A DNA stretch of 63,973 nt, the filler included, from an uncultured bacterium (GTDB taxonomy: Bacteria > Hinthialibacterota > Hinthialibacteria > Hinthialibacterales > Hinthialibacteraceae), in assembly GCA_964449065.1 (NCBI GenBank). It is 4 parts of 4 records of this genome, joined end to end, with 100 filler letters (N's around TTAATTAATTAA, not from the genome) between each part and the next. Parts side by side here need not be neighbours in the genome. Positions count along the whole stretch, not along the records: positions 18,238 to 36,099 come from CAYVAZ010000069.1; positions 36,200 to 54,035 come from CAYVAZ010000070.1; 2 more parts are not named here. The stretch is one strand, 5' to 3'. Made by a program: the position numbers and the translations under genes. Of the stretch, positions 30,379 to 39,681 are shown piece after piece (the stretch's first letter is position 1; each line of letters opens with the position of its first letter). The notes below the pieces were generated by a model. The model was not told the DNA's origin, made no database searches, and worked only from the letters and a program-made list of their open reading frames with translations.

Positions 30379-30504
30379 CCGCTTTATATAAGAACCGCAG
30401 GTTTTTCCGTATCTCTTTCACCCTAAAAAGACTTGCTTCAATTCGGTACATGTGCTCTTTCATCTTCTACTCTTCCTACTACACTTTGATCAAAACTGTC
30501 GGAA

Positions 30505-31461
30505 TTGTACCTATTTATGATCGAATACAATCAACTTGAAGCTATAGACTTTGCGGATAATGAGCCGTGTGTCGCCGCCATCGGTTTTTTTGATGGTGTG
30601 CACATTGCGCATCAAGCGATTGTGAATGAGTGCATCAAACGTGCACGTAAACATCATTGTAAATCTGTAGTTTTCACGTTTCAGAATCATCCGTCCAGCG
30701 TGTTGAGTCCAACCGGTGGAGTGCCCCTCCTGTCTCCCTACCCTCTCAAAGCCATGCGGCTGGAGAGGATGGGAATCGATGTGCTGATGGGTATCCCTTT
30801 TGATGAAGAACTCAGCCAGATATCCGCGCAGAGTTTTGTGGAAGATATCCTCATCAAACAAATACACGCCAAAGAGATTGTGGTCGGATACAACTTCAAA
30901 TTCGGCCACAAACGCGGGGGCGATTCGGGATACTTACAGTCGTATGAAGGCAAAGGCTTCGATGCAGTGAACGTGATTGCATCGCAGCAGCTGGCGGGAA
31001 AACCCATCAGCAGCAGTTTAACGCGGAAAGCAATCCAAGAAGGCCGGCTGCACGAAGCGGAAAAATTGCTGGGCAGACGCTACCACCTTTATGGCGAAGT
31101 CATCCACGGCGACGGCAGAGGGGCAGCAATCGGCTTCCCCACCGCGAATATTGATACCCAAAACCAGCTCTTACCCCCAAACGGAATCTATGGCGTGCGG
31201 GTATGGCGCAACTCATTTGATTCCGAACCGCTTTGGGGAGCGATGAATGTGGGCGTAGTCCCCACCTTTAAAGATGAAGCCAAACCGGTCGCTGAAGTCT
31301 ATCTGCTCGACCACAAGGAAGACCTCTACGGGCAAAAGTTAATCGTTGAAATCTGCCACTACGTTCGTGAAGAACGTAAGTATGATGGTGTAGATGCTCT
31401 GGTGGCCGCGATTGAGAATGATATCCAAGAAATTCGCGGGTGGATTTCTGAGAATGACTAA
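30505..31461 (+). CDS. ribF: Bifunctional riboflavin kinase/FAD synthetase
   Basis: IGFFDGVHIAH, VGYNFKFG, ISSS..R, GFPTAN motifs; start may be ATG 30517. Confidence 0.96.
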   Translation: MYLFMIEYNQLEAIDFADNEPCVAAIGFFDGVHIAHQAIVNECIKRARKHHCKSVVFTFQNHPSSVLSPTGGVPLLSPYPLKAMRLERMGIDVLMGIPFDEELSQISAQSFVEDILIKQIHAKEIVVGYNFKFGHKRGGDSGYLQSYEGKGFDAVNVIASQQLAGKPISSSLTRKAIQEGRLHEAEKLLGRRYHLYGEVIHGDGRGAAIGFPTANIDTQNQLLPPNGIYGVRVWRNSFDSEPLWGAMNVGVVPTFKDEAKPVAEVYLLDHKEDLYGQKLIVEICHYVREERKYDGVDALVAAIENDIQEIRGWISEND

Positions 31462-31469
31462 GCCAACGG

Positions 31470-31918
31470 CTAGTGGTCTTTCAATAATGAAACGATGGTA
31501 GGTGGATGCATACTCCCATTGTTAAGGGGTCTGTCGTTGTTGCCCCCCCTTGTTAAGGGGGGCAGGGGGGATTTAAGCACGCTTTCAACAACGCGAAATC
31601 CCCCGGAGCCTACGGCTCCACCCCCTTATGCAAGGGGGTATAACACTGCGCTTACGCTTATGAATGACTGATCCCACTCGTTTCATGTGGATGAATAATA
31701 CGGTTTCAATTTAATTTTGTGTGATGCGAATTCCCCCTTCTAGACTGGGGAGGATTAGGGCGGGATTGACCGCTCGATCATCAACCCCCCTCTAACTCCC
31801 CCAATCTTGGGGGGAGAATATTGAGGCCTTCGAAAGATATATTCGCCACGCATTAAACATTATTTTTTTGAAAAGGTATGAGTTTTCACCCATCATGTCA
31901 GCCTTGATGAACTACCAG
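31470..31918. mobile_element. Composite MITE/REP element with a nested ~190-bp insertion
   Basis: 31540-31693 plus 31885-31918 match the reverse complement of 35781-35970; the extra 31694-31884 segment has its own tacggtttcaa/ttgaaaaggta inverted ends. Confidence 0.7.
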
Positions 31919-32097
31919 ATACCTCAGCCTTGTTCAAGAATTTTCAAGAAGAAAAAGGCGATGATTAGCATGTTACAGAATTGTACACAAAGATATAGGG
32001 ATTCCCTTGCCTAAGCGGGTGCTTCAGGGTATATTCTCCATCTTAAATCGCAGGTTGTCTGATTTTGACCTGCGCAGGTCATCCAGACCTTTAGGCA

Positions 32098-34956
32098 GTG
32101 ATCATGGACTTCCGCGATACTCTTAACCTTCCGCAAACATCCTTCCCGATGAAGGCCAATCTGGCACAGCGCGAGCCGGACTATCTTAAGCGTTGGGAAA
32201 AACTGGACTTATATCACCTCATCCGCGAAGAACGCGCCGACCGTGAAACCTTTTATCTGCATGACGGCCCTCCCTACGCCAATGGAGCCATCCATCTGGG
32301 AACCGCGCTTAATAAAATTTTAAAAGATATGGTGAATAAGTCTAACATTTTAAGAGGGTTAAATATTCACTACCGCCCGGGCTGGGACTGCCACGGCCTG
32401 CCGATTGAGCAGAACATCGTACAAAAAATGAGCGATGAAGAGCGCGACAGCGTACACATCAATGATATCCGTAAGAAATGCCGCAACTTCGCGCTGAAGT
32501 TTGTGGATAAACACCGCAAGAGTTTTAAACGTTTGGGCGTCATCGGTGAGTGGGAACGCCCTTACCTTACCCTCAAGCCGGAATACGAAGCCGAAGAAAT
32601 CCGCCAGTTCGCCAATTTGGTAAAAGAAGGCTATGTCTATCAAGGGATGAAACCCATCCACTGGTGCCCGGAATTCCGAACCGCGCTCGCCGAGGCGGAA
32701 GTTGAGTATGACAACAAAGTATCCGACTCTATCTTTGTCCGCTTCCCACTGAATGAAGAATCTCATGCCAAACTAAAACGTCAAGTATCTTCTCTTGATA
32801 ATAAACCTGTAAATATTGTGATTTGGACGACAACCCCCTGGACACTTCCCGCCAACCGTGCGGTCTGTGTTCATCCCAACCTCATCTACAGCATAATCGA
32901 AAATGGGGATGAATTTCTCATCCTAGCGCAAGATTTATTATCCCGCTTTCAAGAAGAGACGGGAGTGAATTCAACCGGAAAGCTGGACGTTGAGATCACC
33001 GGAAAAGAGTTGGAAGATATTGGCATCCAAATGAAGCACCCGCTTTCTTCCACAGAAGTTCCTTTAATCTGCGGAACGCATGTTACGTTAGAACAGGGTT
33101 CTGGAGCAGTACACACAGCACCGGGTCATGGACATGAGGACTATTTGGTTGGGCAGCAATACGGTTTGGAAGTGTATTGCCCGGTCGATGAAACTGGATG
33201 CTATACAAATGAGTCTCCGGTATGCGTAGGCAAGCCGGTACTCGAATCAAATGAAGTGATTCTCGATATGCTGAGAGAAAAAGGCCTGCTGATTCACGCC
33301 AGTAAGTTTGAACACCAATACCCCTACTTTTGGCGGGGACATGCGCCGATCATTTTCCGCGCAACCCGTCAGTGGTTTATCTCATTGGAAGAAAATAACT
33401 TACGCCAGCGTCTTTTAGACGCAATCGACCAAGTGAATTGGGTTCCCAATTGGGGAATCAAGCGCATTCGCGCGATGGTAGAAAACCGGGCGGAATGGTG
33501 TATCTCACGCCAGCGCGCTTGGGGTGTGCCGATCCCGGCTTTTTACGCTCCAGGGAAAAAAGAAGCGATTCTGGATCATGAATTTTTGAACGAACTCTCT
33601 CAAGTCTTTCAAAAAGAGGGGGCTGAGTTTTGGTATAAGGCGATTGATGATCCCACCATGCTGGAACAGTTCCCTTCGATCAAGCGTTTGGTTCCTGAAG
33701 GTGTTGAACTTAGCGAACTTCAGTTAGAAAAAGATATCCTCGATGTGTGGTTTGATTCCGGTGTCAGCCACCATTCTGTTATGCGGCAGGATGAGGGTGT
33801 GTATCCGGTCGATATGTATCTCGAAGGCAGCGACCAGCACCGCGGATGGTTCCAGTCATCATTGGTCACCGCAATCGGTGCGGGATACGAACCACCTTAT
33901 AAAACTGTACTTACGCATGGATTTACCGTGGATGAATACGGAAAAAAGTTATCCAAAAGCAAAGGGAACTTTGTTGAATTAGATTCCCTGGTCAAAGAGA
34001 TGGGCGCGGATATCTTGCGCTTGTGGGTCTCATCCGAAGATTTTCGCAACGATATGTCATTTTCGCAGGATATTCTGAAACGCGTTACTGAATCGTACCG
34101 GCGCATTCGAAATACCGTACGCTTTTTGATTAGCAACCTATATGACTTTACACCGGATGACGCAGTACCAGAAGAAGACCGCCAATCCATCGACAAATGG
34201 ATTTTGACTAGATGGCGTGAATCCAAGATAAAGATCATCGGCCATTACGAACGGTACGATTTCCACCGTATCTTTTATGAATTAAACAACTTATGCAGCG
34301 TTGAACTTAGCGGTATCTATTTGGATATCGTCAAAGACCGGATGTATGTTAGCGGAAAAGACAGTTTGGACCGCCGGGCCGCGCAATCCACATTCGCGGA
34401 AATATTGGTGGAAATCACGGCCTGCACCGCGCCGATTTTGTCATTCACTTGCGAAGAAATTTGGGATTATCTGAAAGAACTGAAATTGTGCAACAATGAC
34501 ACAGTCTTCTTGTATGATTTAGATCAGTCCATCCCAGAAATTGACAAGAACTTGTTGGAAAAGTGGAATCGCTTGATTACAATACGTAATGAGGCAGTAA
34601 AAGCGATCGAAATTCAAAGAAAAGCTGGTACGATTGGTCACCCGTTAGACTGCTGTGTTACGATCCAAGCCACCGATGACGAGTGGAAACAATTGATTCA
34701 AGAAAGCATAGCGGAAAAACGTGGATCTGATCTAGCCAGTATCTGTATTGTTTCGAAAGTAGTAGCAGGTGAGGTAAGCGGAGAAAACCTATACGATAGT
34801 GAAACGCTGCCGTTAAGGTTTAAAGTAGAAAAAGCGCTTGGTGAAAAATGCCCGCGTTGCTGGCACTATCACGAAGATGTGAATCTAGAGGATAATAATC
34901 CCTGCCCCCGATGTAAGTCCGTTTTGGAATCTCAAAGCGACAAAGCCAGAATTTAA
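32098..34956 (+). CDS. ileS: Isoleucine--tRNA ligase (type 1)
   Basis: LHDGPPYANG.IHLG, GWDCHGLP, WTTTPWT, WCISRQR, EGSDQHRGWF, KLSKS, C-terminal CPRCW...CPRC. Confidence 0.98.
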   Translation: MIMDFRDTLNLPQTSFPMKANLAQREPDYLKRWEKLDLYHLIREERADRETFYLHDGPPYANGAIHLGTALNKILKDMVNKSNILRGLNIHYRPGWDCHGLPIEQNIVQKMSDEERDSVHINDIRKKCRNFALKFVDKHRKSFKRLGVIGEWERPYLTLKPEYEAEEIRQFANLVKEGYVYQGMKPIHWCPEFRTALAEAEVEYDNKVSDSIFVRFPLNEESHAKLKRQVSSLDNKPVNIVIWTTTPWTLPANRAVCVHPNLIYSIIENGDEFLILAQDLLSRFQEETGVNSTGKLDVEITGKELEDIGIQMKHPLSSTEVPLICGTHVTLEQGSGAVHTAPGHGHEDYLVGQQYGLEVYCPVDETGCYTNESPVCVGKPVLESNEVILDMLREKGLLIHASKFEHQYPYFWRGHAPIIFRATRQWFISLEENNLRQRLLDAIDQVNWVPNWGIKRIRAMVENRAEWCISRQRAWGVPIPAFYAPGKKEAILDHEFLNELSQVFQKEGAEFWYKAIDDPTMLEQFPSIKRLVPEGVELSELQLEKDILDVWFDSGVSHHSVMRQDEGVYPVDMYLEGSDQHRGWFQSSLVTAIGAGYEPPYKTVLTHGFTVDEYGKKLSKSKGNFVELDSLVKEMGADILRLWVSSEDFRNDMSFSQDILKRVTESYRRIRNTVRFLISNLYDFTPDDAVPEEDRQSIDKWILTRWRESKIKIIGHYERYDFHRIFYELNNLCSVELSGIYLDIVKDRMYVSGKDSLDRRAAQSTFAEILVEITACTAPILSFTCEEIWDYLKELKLCNNDTVFLYDLDQSIPEIDKNLLEKWNRLITIRNEAVKAIEIQRKAGTIGHPLDCCVTIQATDDEWKQLIQESIAEKRGSDLASICIVSKVVAGEVSGENLYDSETLPLRFKVEKALGEKCPRCWHYHEDVNLEDNNPCPRCKSVLESQSDKARI

Positions 34957-35083
34957 AACATTCGCGTAACTTATCAGATAGCAAAACCGTTAGAATTTTG
35001 CAAAATTCATAAAAAAGATGGACAGATAAATTTAAATGAGATACACAATACAAATCAAACTAAATTCAGGATAGGAAACCGAT

Positions 35084-35449
35084 ATGAATAAACGTGATTT
35101 AGCAAAATTTGAGAAGATATTGACCCGTGAAAAAGAGCGTCTCTTAAAAGGAATTTATACGTTGGAAGATTTATCCAATGGAAACAAAGAGAATACCGGT
35201 TTTGGGATACACATGGCAGACACCGGAAATGAAGAAGAAGAATTAGAGAAAAACTTGTTGTACATGAGTCGTGAAGGCGACACTCTTGCATTGATCGATG
35301 AAGCATTAGAAAAGATCAAACAAGGCACTTATGGCATCTGCGAGCATACCGGAAAGCCAATTCCTAAAGAGCGCTTGATTGCCAAACCATTCGCGAAATA
35401 TTCGCTGGAAGCACGCCGCGAATTGGAACGGCAAGGTATGGTCGATTAG
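35084..35449 (+). CDS. TraR/DksA family transcription factor (single-Cys variant)
   Basis: HMAD, IDEALEKI..GTYGICEHTGKPIPKERL.A.PFA. Confidence 0.9.
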   Translation: MNKRDLAKFEKILTREKERLLKGIYTLEDLSNGNKENTGFGIHMADTGNEEEELEKNLLYMSREGDTLALIDEALEKIKQGTYGICEHTGKPIPKERLIAKPFAKYSLEARRELERQGMVD

Positions 35450-35569
35450 TTTCTCTCAAACAGCGATCCATTGAAGTGTTCTTTGAAATTGCCCCTAAAT
35501 CAGAGAGGATTTTCAAATATCTTGACAAAATTTAAACGGAGACTTTTCCCAAAGTCTCTTAATCTTATA

Positions 35570-35970
35570 CTAGTACAGTGTCAACGATTAAATGACGGGT
35601 ATAGATCCCCCTTACCCCCCTTATCAAGGGGGGCAACAACGGATAGCCAGCCGCCATTTTTTGATTGACAGAGTACTAGTGCAGTGTCAGGAAAAAAGTG
35701 TCGGGTAAGGTGAAAACTCTGTGGCTCGGCGGGAGCCTCGCCCTCCCAATTCGACCCGACATTAAGACTCTGTCAGACTACTAGTAGTTCATCAAGGCTG
35801 ACATGATGGGTGAATGCTTACCCATCCACATGAAATGAGTAGTTTCAGTCATTCACAAGCGTTAGCGCGGTGTTATACCCCCTTATAAGGGGGTGGAGCC
35901 GAAGGCTCCGGGGGGATTTTGCGTAGTTGAAAGTGTGCTTTGATCCCCCCCCTTTTCAAGGGGGTAACAA
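35570..35970. mobile_element. Tandem array of three CTAG-joined MITE/REP-like elements
   Basis: CTAG at 35570, 35676 and 35781; unit 1 resembles 27081-27193; unit 2 carries the GGCTCGGCGGGAGCC REP; unit 3 is an inverted copy of the 31470-31918 element. Confidence 0.75.
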
Positions 35971-36005
35971 AGGCCAAGGTTACCATCAATTCATGTGTGA
36001 CGATG

Positions 36006-36099
36006 TACAAAGTTGCAATAAGAATGTTGGTTAAAATCGAGTGAGCAGAGATGGTCATGGTGGGCTACGCTTCGCTTTGAGCCCACCCTACAGTTTCAT
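36006..36099 (+). repeat. Truncated copy of the ~145-bp element found around murJ
   Basis: gttgcaataagaatgttggt...gagcagagatggtcatggtgggctacgcttcgctttgagcccaccctac; similar to the 58515 and 60613 copies. Confidence 0.75.
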
Positions 36100-36199
36100 N
36101 NNNNNNNNNNNNNNNNNNNNNNNNNNNNNNNNNNNNNNNNNNNTTAATTAATTAANNNNNNNNNNNNNNNNNNNNNNNNNNNNNNNNNNNNNNNNNNNN
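36100..36199. other. Artificial contig-joining spacer
   Basis: N44-TTAATTAATTAA-N44. Confidence 0.97.
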
Positions 36200-36468
36200 G
36201 GACTCGAATTATTAAGTCGGGCAACTACAGCGAATCCTATCTATTAAACCTTTAAATGCTCCACCAAGGGGGGGCAACGAGGACATCCTGTGTACCCAAC
36301 ACTGAGACGCACCAGCGCCTACAAACCCGCCTGACTCAGATTTCAATCCCGACAAATACCCCATACCTCAAATTTTTTTTCAAAAATAATTTGTTTTTCC
36401 AATCCATCGATGTATATTGTAATTGTGAACGATATAACGTTCAAATAAAATACCGAATGGAGAAAGTC

Positions 36469-36675
36469 ATGGATCATCATCAAAACGCTGTTCCACAAAA
36501 CTGGCCGGATTTGGCCATCAGCCTTTACAACCGCTTAACCGGACAGGATGCGGAAATCACCTACGCATTTGAAAACGTGGAAGTTTCCGTGCCGGATAAG
36601 GTTGGCCCAAACCCCAACTTTGCCGAATGGAAAGTGAATGGAACTATCCGAGTCTCCACCAAAGATGTGAAGTAG
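36469..36675 (+). CDS. Small hypothetical protein (68 aa)
   Basis: GGAG RBS then MDHHQ...NWPDLAISLYNRLTG...WKVNGTIRV; the longer ORF-track start is unlikely. Confidence 0.7.
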   Translation: MDHHQNAVPQNWPDLAISLYNRLTGQDAEITYAFENVEVSVPDKVGPNPNFAEWKVNGTIRVSTKDVK

Positions 36676-36686
36676 GGAATGAAATC

Positions 36687-36995
36687 ATGCTGTCACTATT
36701 TGGGAAAATCGACATTGCATCGAAAGAACACAAAATATCGATGTGTGCAAACGGAAGTGAGATCGCGCTGGAATCCGACAGTTTCAGCGCGTTCTTCTCT
36801 CTTCTTCAAATGAGTTGGGTTGACTTCTTTCAGAACAAAAAACTCCAATTCGTTTCCTCTTTTTTGAAGAAAGAAAATGTAATAGTTAAAGTTTTTGTAC
36901 GAAAACGAATGATTGTGTCGTTGGGAAACAACGCCCCTCATTCAAAGCCTTTGAAATGGAATGTGATGAATGTGATTTTATCACTCATCCGGTAA
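36687..36995 (+). CDS. Hypothetical protein
   Basis: Follows the previous gene by 11 bp; ATG 36687. Confidence 0.6.
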   Translation: MLSLFGKIDIASKEHKISMCANGSEIALESDSFSAFFSLLQMSWVDFFQNKKLQFVSSFLKKENVIVKVFVRKRMIVSLGNNAPHSKPLKWNVMNVILSLIR

Positions 36996-37023
36996 ACAAA
37001 TTTTGCTGGAAAAGGATCGCACA

Positions 37024-37569
37024 ATGAGCCTGAAAAACAAAGTAATCATATACCAAGTTGACGGTCAAGACCGCATTACCACAGTAAACGCGAAGTGGAT
37101 AAAATCCGATATGTTCTTCAATCCAAATGAATGGGCCGACCGGTCAATGTTGGGAAAATCGTTATGGGAAATTCTGCCTAACGAAGACATCCGGAATCTT
37201 TATCAATCAATCGTATCCGCAATCCGCAAAATCTCGAAAAGCGTTGAGTTGGATATCCGCACCGATTCAATGGATGCTAAAAGAAACGCAAAACTAAAAA
37301 TCGTACCCCTTGGCAATGGAACGCTCGAATTTCGGTTCCACATTCTGGATGAAGAGGAACGCTCCGATACCGAAAATGTCCCGGTAACTCACACGGATAA
37401 GTCGGGCACTATCGATGTTTGCAATTGGTGCAACTCCGTACGAACTAACAAAGGTTGGAAAGAATTGCTCTTCGCGAATTATCTCTATGACCTTACTTCA
37501 TCATATGTAAACCAAACTCTGTGTCCACGATGCAAGAGTGAAATTGCGAAACAGGTTTCTCAAAACTAA
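37024..37569 (+). CDS. PAS-like domain protein with C-terminal CxxC...CxxC
   Basis: IYQVDGQDRITTVNAKW...LGKSLW PAS-like N-terminus; CNWC and CPRC. Confidence 0.65.
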   Translation: MSLKNKVIIYQVDGQDRITTVNAKWIKSDMFFNPNEWADRSMLGKSLWEILPNEDIRNLYQSIVSAIRKISKSVELDIRTDSMDAKRNAKLKIVPLGNGTLEFRFHILDEEERSDTENVPVTHTDKSGTIDVCNWCNSVRTNKGWKELLFANYLYDLTSSYVNQTLCPRCKSEIAKQVSQN

Positions 37570-37583
37570 AAAAGGATATTCAA

Positions 37584-37757
37584 ATGAACAAAAGTGATTT
37601 ATTTATACTGCTGGCAGCGTTCATATCGTTTGTTCTCTCGGTCTACTTGTGGTTTTTCGAATCAAAAGAAGCCGGTGTGTTTGTCGGCATCTGGGTACCC
37701 TCCATTCTCAGTTTTGGCGCTTATCTAAAAATCAGTCTGGTAGGAGGAAAACGTTGA
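37584..37757 (+). CDS. Small 2-TM membrane protein (57 aa), not in ORF track
   Basis: AAGGA RBS; MNKSDLFILLAAFISFVLSVYLWFFESKEAGVFVGIWVPSILSFGAYLKISLVGGKR. Confidence 0.7.
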   Translation: MNKSDLFILLAAFISFVLSVYLWFFESKEAGVFVGIWVPSILSFGAYLKISLVGGKR

Positions 37758-37849
37758 GCGACATGACCATTTTTATCATTGGAGTTTTTGTTTCATTGCT
37801 GTGTTTGACGTTTGCCATTATCACCATTAACGAATACAGAAAGATGTAA
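37754..37849 (+). CDS. Small single-TM peptide (31 aa)
   Basis: AGGAGG RBS at 37742; TTG overlapping previous TGA; MSDMTIFIIGVFVSLLCLTFAIITINEYRKM. Confidence 0.6.
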   Translation: MSDMTIFIIGVFVSLLCLTFAIITINEYRKM

Positions 37850-37870
37850 ACCCGCAAGAGGAACATTTTT

Positions 37871-38992
37871 ATGACTTACAGCCGCTCTCGCTTGCTCCTG
37901 GGAATTACCTGTGTTGGATTCTGGGTTATCTATTCAGTATTTCTGTTTATACTTTCTGCTGAGAGCCTTTTGGATAATACGGAATACACAGTAATCACAG
38001 ATTCAATGATTCTTTTGGCATTCATAGCCATGTACAATCTGGTCATGTTTCCTTTTGAGGTGATCGGGGGATACGCAATTCCGGCGACATACAACAGAAA
38101 CAACCAAACATTGTTTTCATTCGTATTGTCCTTGATCAAATCTTCTTTGTTTCACGCGCTGATTTTCTTGATCATGGCGGTATTGCTTCTGACAGTATGG
38201 AAGTACATGGGAGCCTTTTATGCCTTCGCGTTTCTCATCCTTGCCATGCTGTTGTTACTGGTTATGCAACTCACATTCTTGCAATTCTTTTCAGGCAAAG
38301 CGTCCGCAAAAATTCAATGTAGCAACGGCCAGGCATTTAAGTGCGTTTTGATCAATAATAATCAAGTAGAAAATGTTGGAGGAATCTTTGGTTTTCCGGG
38401 AATGGATACCATCGCCATCCCGCATATGTGGTATAGCAAGTTTCCGCAAGAAACGATAGATGTCGAATGCATCCGCCGTGAAGGTATTATCCAAAGTTCG
38501 GCCCGATTTTGGGGAGTAACGATTGCATTGCTCTACAACACGTTCGGTTTGGGTTTGATTTTTCTTTTGCTTCGAGATGCTGACCCGAACGCCTTTACTG
38601 TAATCTGCCAATCAACGCTATTCAGTGTTTGGAATTTTACCGGCCTGCTCATTCTGCCGAGTTTGAGCCGGGGCGGGGTATATGTCGGCGACACTTATGC
38701 TCTAAAACAAGGCGTGGACAAAACCGAGTGGAAAGCAGCAATGACTGCGATAGAGCGCACACAGGGAGATGAAACTTCGCGGTCAAAGTGGATACAGTGC
38801 GTTTTCCATCCTACACCTTCCTTGCAAGACCGTCTGGATGCTGTCGACAGCGGATATTCTCCCCCCATACCCGCTTGGGGTACATCCCGTATGATGTTGT
38901 ATTTATCCTGGGCTGGATTGGGTCTGTTATCGCGCGCCGTTCACAGCAACTGCGGGTTAACCGAACAGTGGGTATCCGTGGCCTGCGATTAA
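37871..38992 (+). CDS. Membrane protein resembling Ste24/M48 peptidase but lacking HExxH
   Basis: ~7 TMs; FPFEVIGGY.I...Y...NQTL.SF...LIK and FHPTPSLQDRL resemble M48 segments. Confidence 0.6.
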   Translation: MTYSRSRLLLGITCVGFWVIYSVFLFILSAESLLDNTEYTVITDSMILLAFIAMYNLVMFPFEVIGGYAIPATYNRNNQTLFSFVLSLIKSSLFHALIFLIMAVLLLTVWKYMGAFYAFAFLILAMLLLLVMQLTFLQFFSGKASAKIQCSNGQAFKCVLINNNQVENVGGIFGFPGMDTIAIPHMWYSKFPQETIDVECIRREGIIQSSARFWGVTIALLYNTFGLGLIFLLLRDADPNAFTVICQSTLFSVWNFTGLLILPSLSRGGVYVGDTYALKQGVDKTEWKAAMTAIERTQGDETSRSKWIQCVFHPTPSLQDRLDAVDSGYSPPIPAWGTSRMMLYLSWAGLGLLSRAVHSNCGLTEQWVSVACD

Positions 38993-38996
38993 GTTG

Positions 38997-39446
38997 CTAA
39001 CCCTCTTTCACAATCGTCACCATAATCCAAAACAATATGCAGCTCTTTAGTGTCCAGCCGATGGTACGCACCCAGTTTGACCATACCAATATCTGATGCG
39101 CGCTCTCGTCAAATTCCTGCACCAATTTCTCATGCTGCGGCACTTGCAGCAAAAACGTGGATAACCAAACAATCCCCAACAACACGGCGCATATCCACAG
39201 CAAACCCGCCGAAACATTCTTGGGGATCATCCAAAGCAATAAAATAGTGGTAACTGCTTCCACAATCATCGGCGGCATAACCACAAACGAAATACGAAAC
39301 ATGTGTGCCTCTTGAAAGGCTCTGTATTCATCCTTGGCCGCCATGTTCATCAACGGGTAGTGCACAAGTTGAATAACCCAGATGACACCGGCCATATAAA
39401 GAGAACAAGCAAAGTTTGTTGTCAAGATTATGTGGGGCCAATTCAT
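38997..39446 (-). CDS. Conserved 4-TM membrane protein (DUF1772-like)
   Basis: G.IWVIQLVHYP, ST..LQVPQH, NWVRT..W; AAGGA RBS before MNWPH. Confidence 0.75.
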   Translation of the reverse strand: MNWPHIILTTNFACSLYMAGVIWVIQLVHYPLMNMAAKDEYRAFQEAHMFRISFVVMPPMIVEAVTTILLLWMIPKNVSAGLLWICAVLLGIVWLSTFLLQVPQHEKLVQEFDESAHQILVWSNWVRTIGWTLKSCILFWIMVTIVKEG

Positions 39447-39562
39447 ATGTTCTTTTCCTTCACGCAAGCCAATTGCCGTTTATGAATCTTTTTTATTTTT
39501 CTATTGATGATAAAGGATTCCTTCTCTTCATTCGAATATATTTCTTTTTATCATAATAAAAA

Positions 39563-39622
39563 TTGTAGGGCTGACTTCCATCCTGCTTTCATGTACTGTG
39601 CTGGCAAGATACCTGCACTACA
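39563..39622. repeat. Degenerate REP-like inverted repeat
   Basis: tgtagggctgacttccatcctgc...gcaagatacctgcactaca; reverse-complement similarity to 11496 and 13911. Confidence 0.55.
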
Positions 39623-39681
39623 ATATACGCTATCGTATGATTGTCCATTTTACTTTTTACCGGGGGATCAGTTAGTGAGGA

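Noticed and set aside
31920..32097. Possible T-box riboswitch upstream of ileS
   Set aside because: There is a hairpin near 32045-32075, but no AGGGTGGNACCGCG T-box consensus; the leader is mostly repeat-derived.
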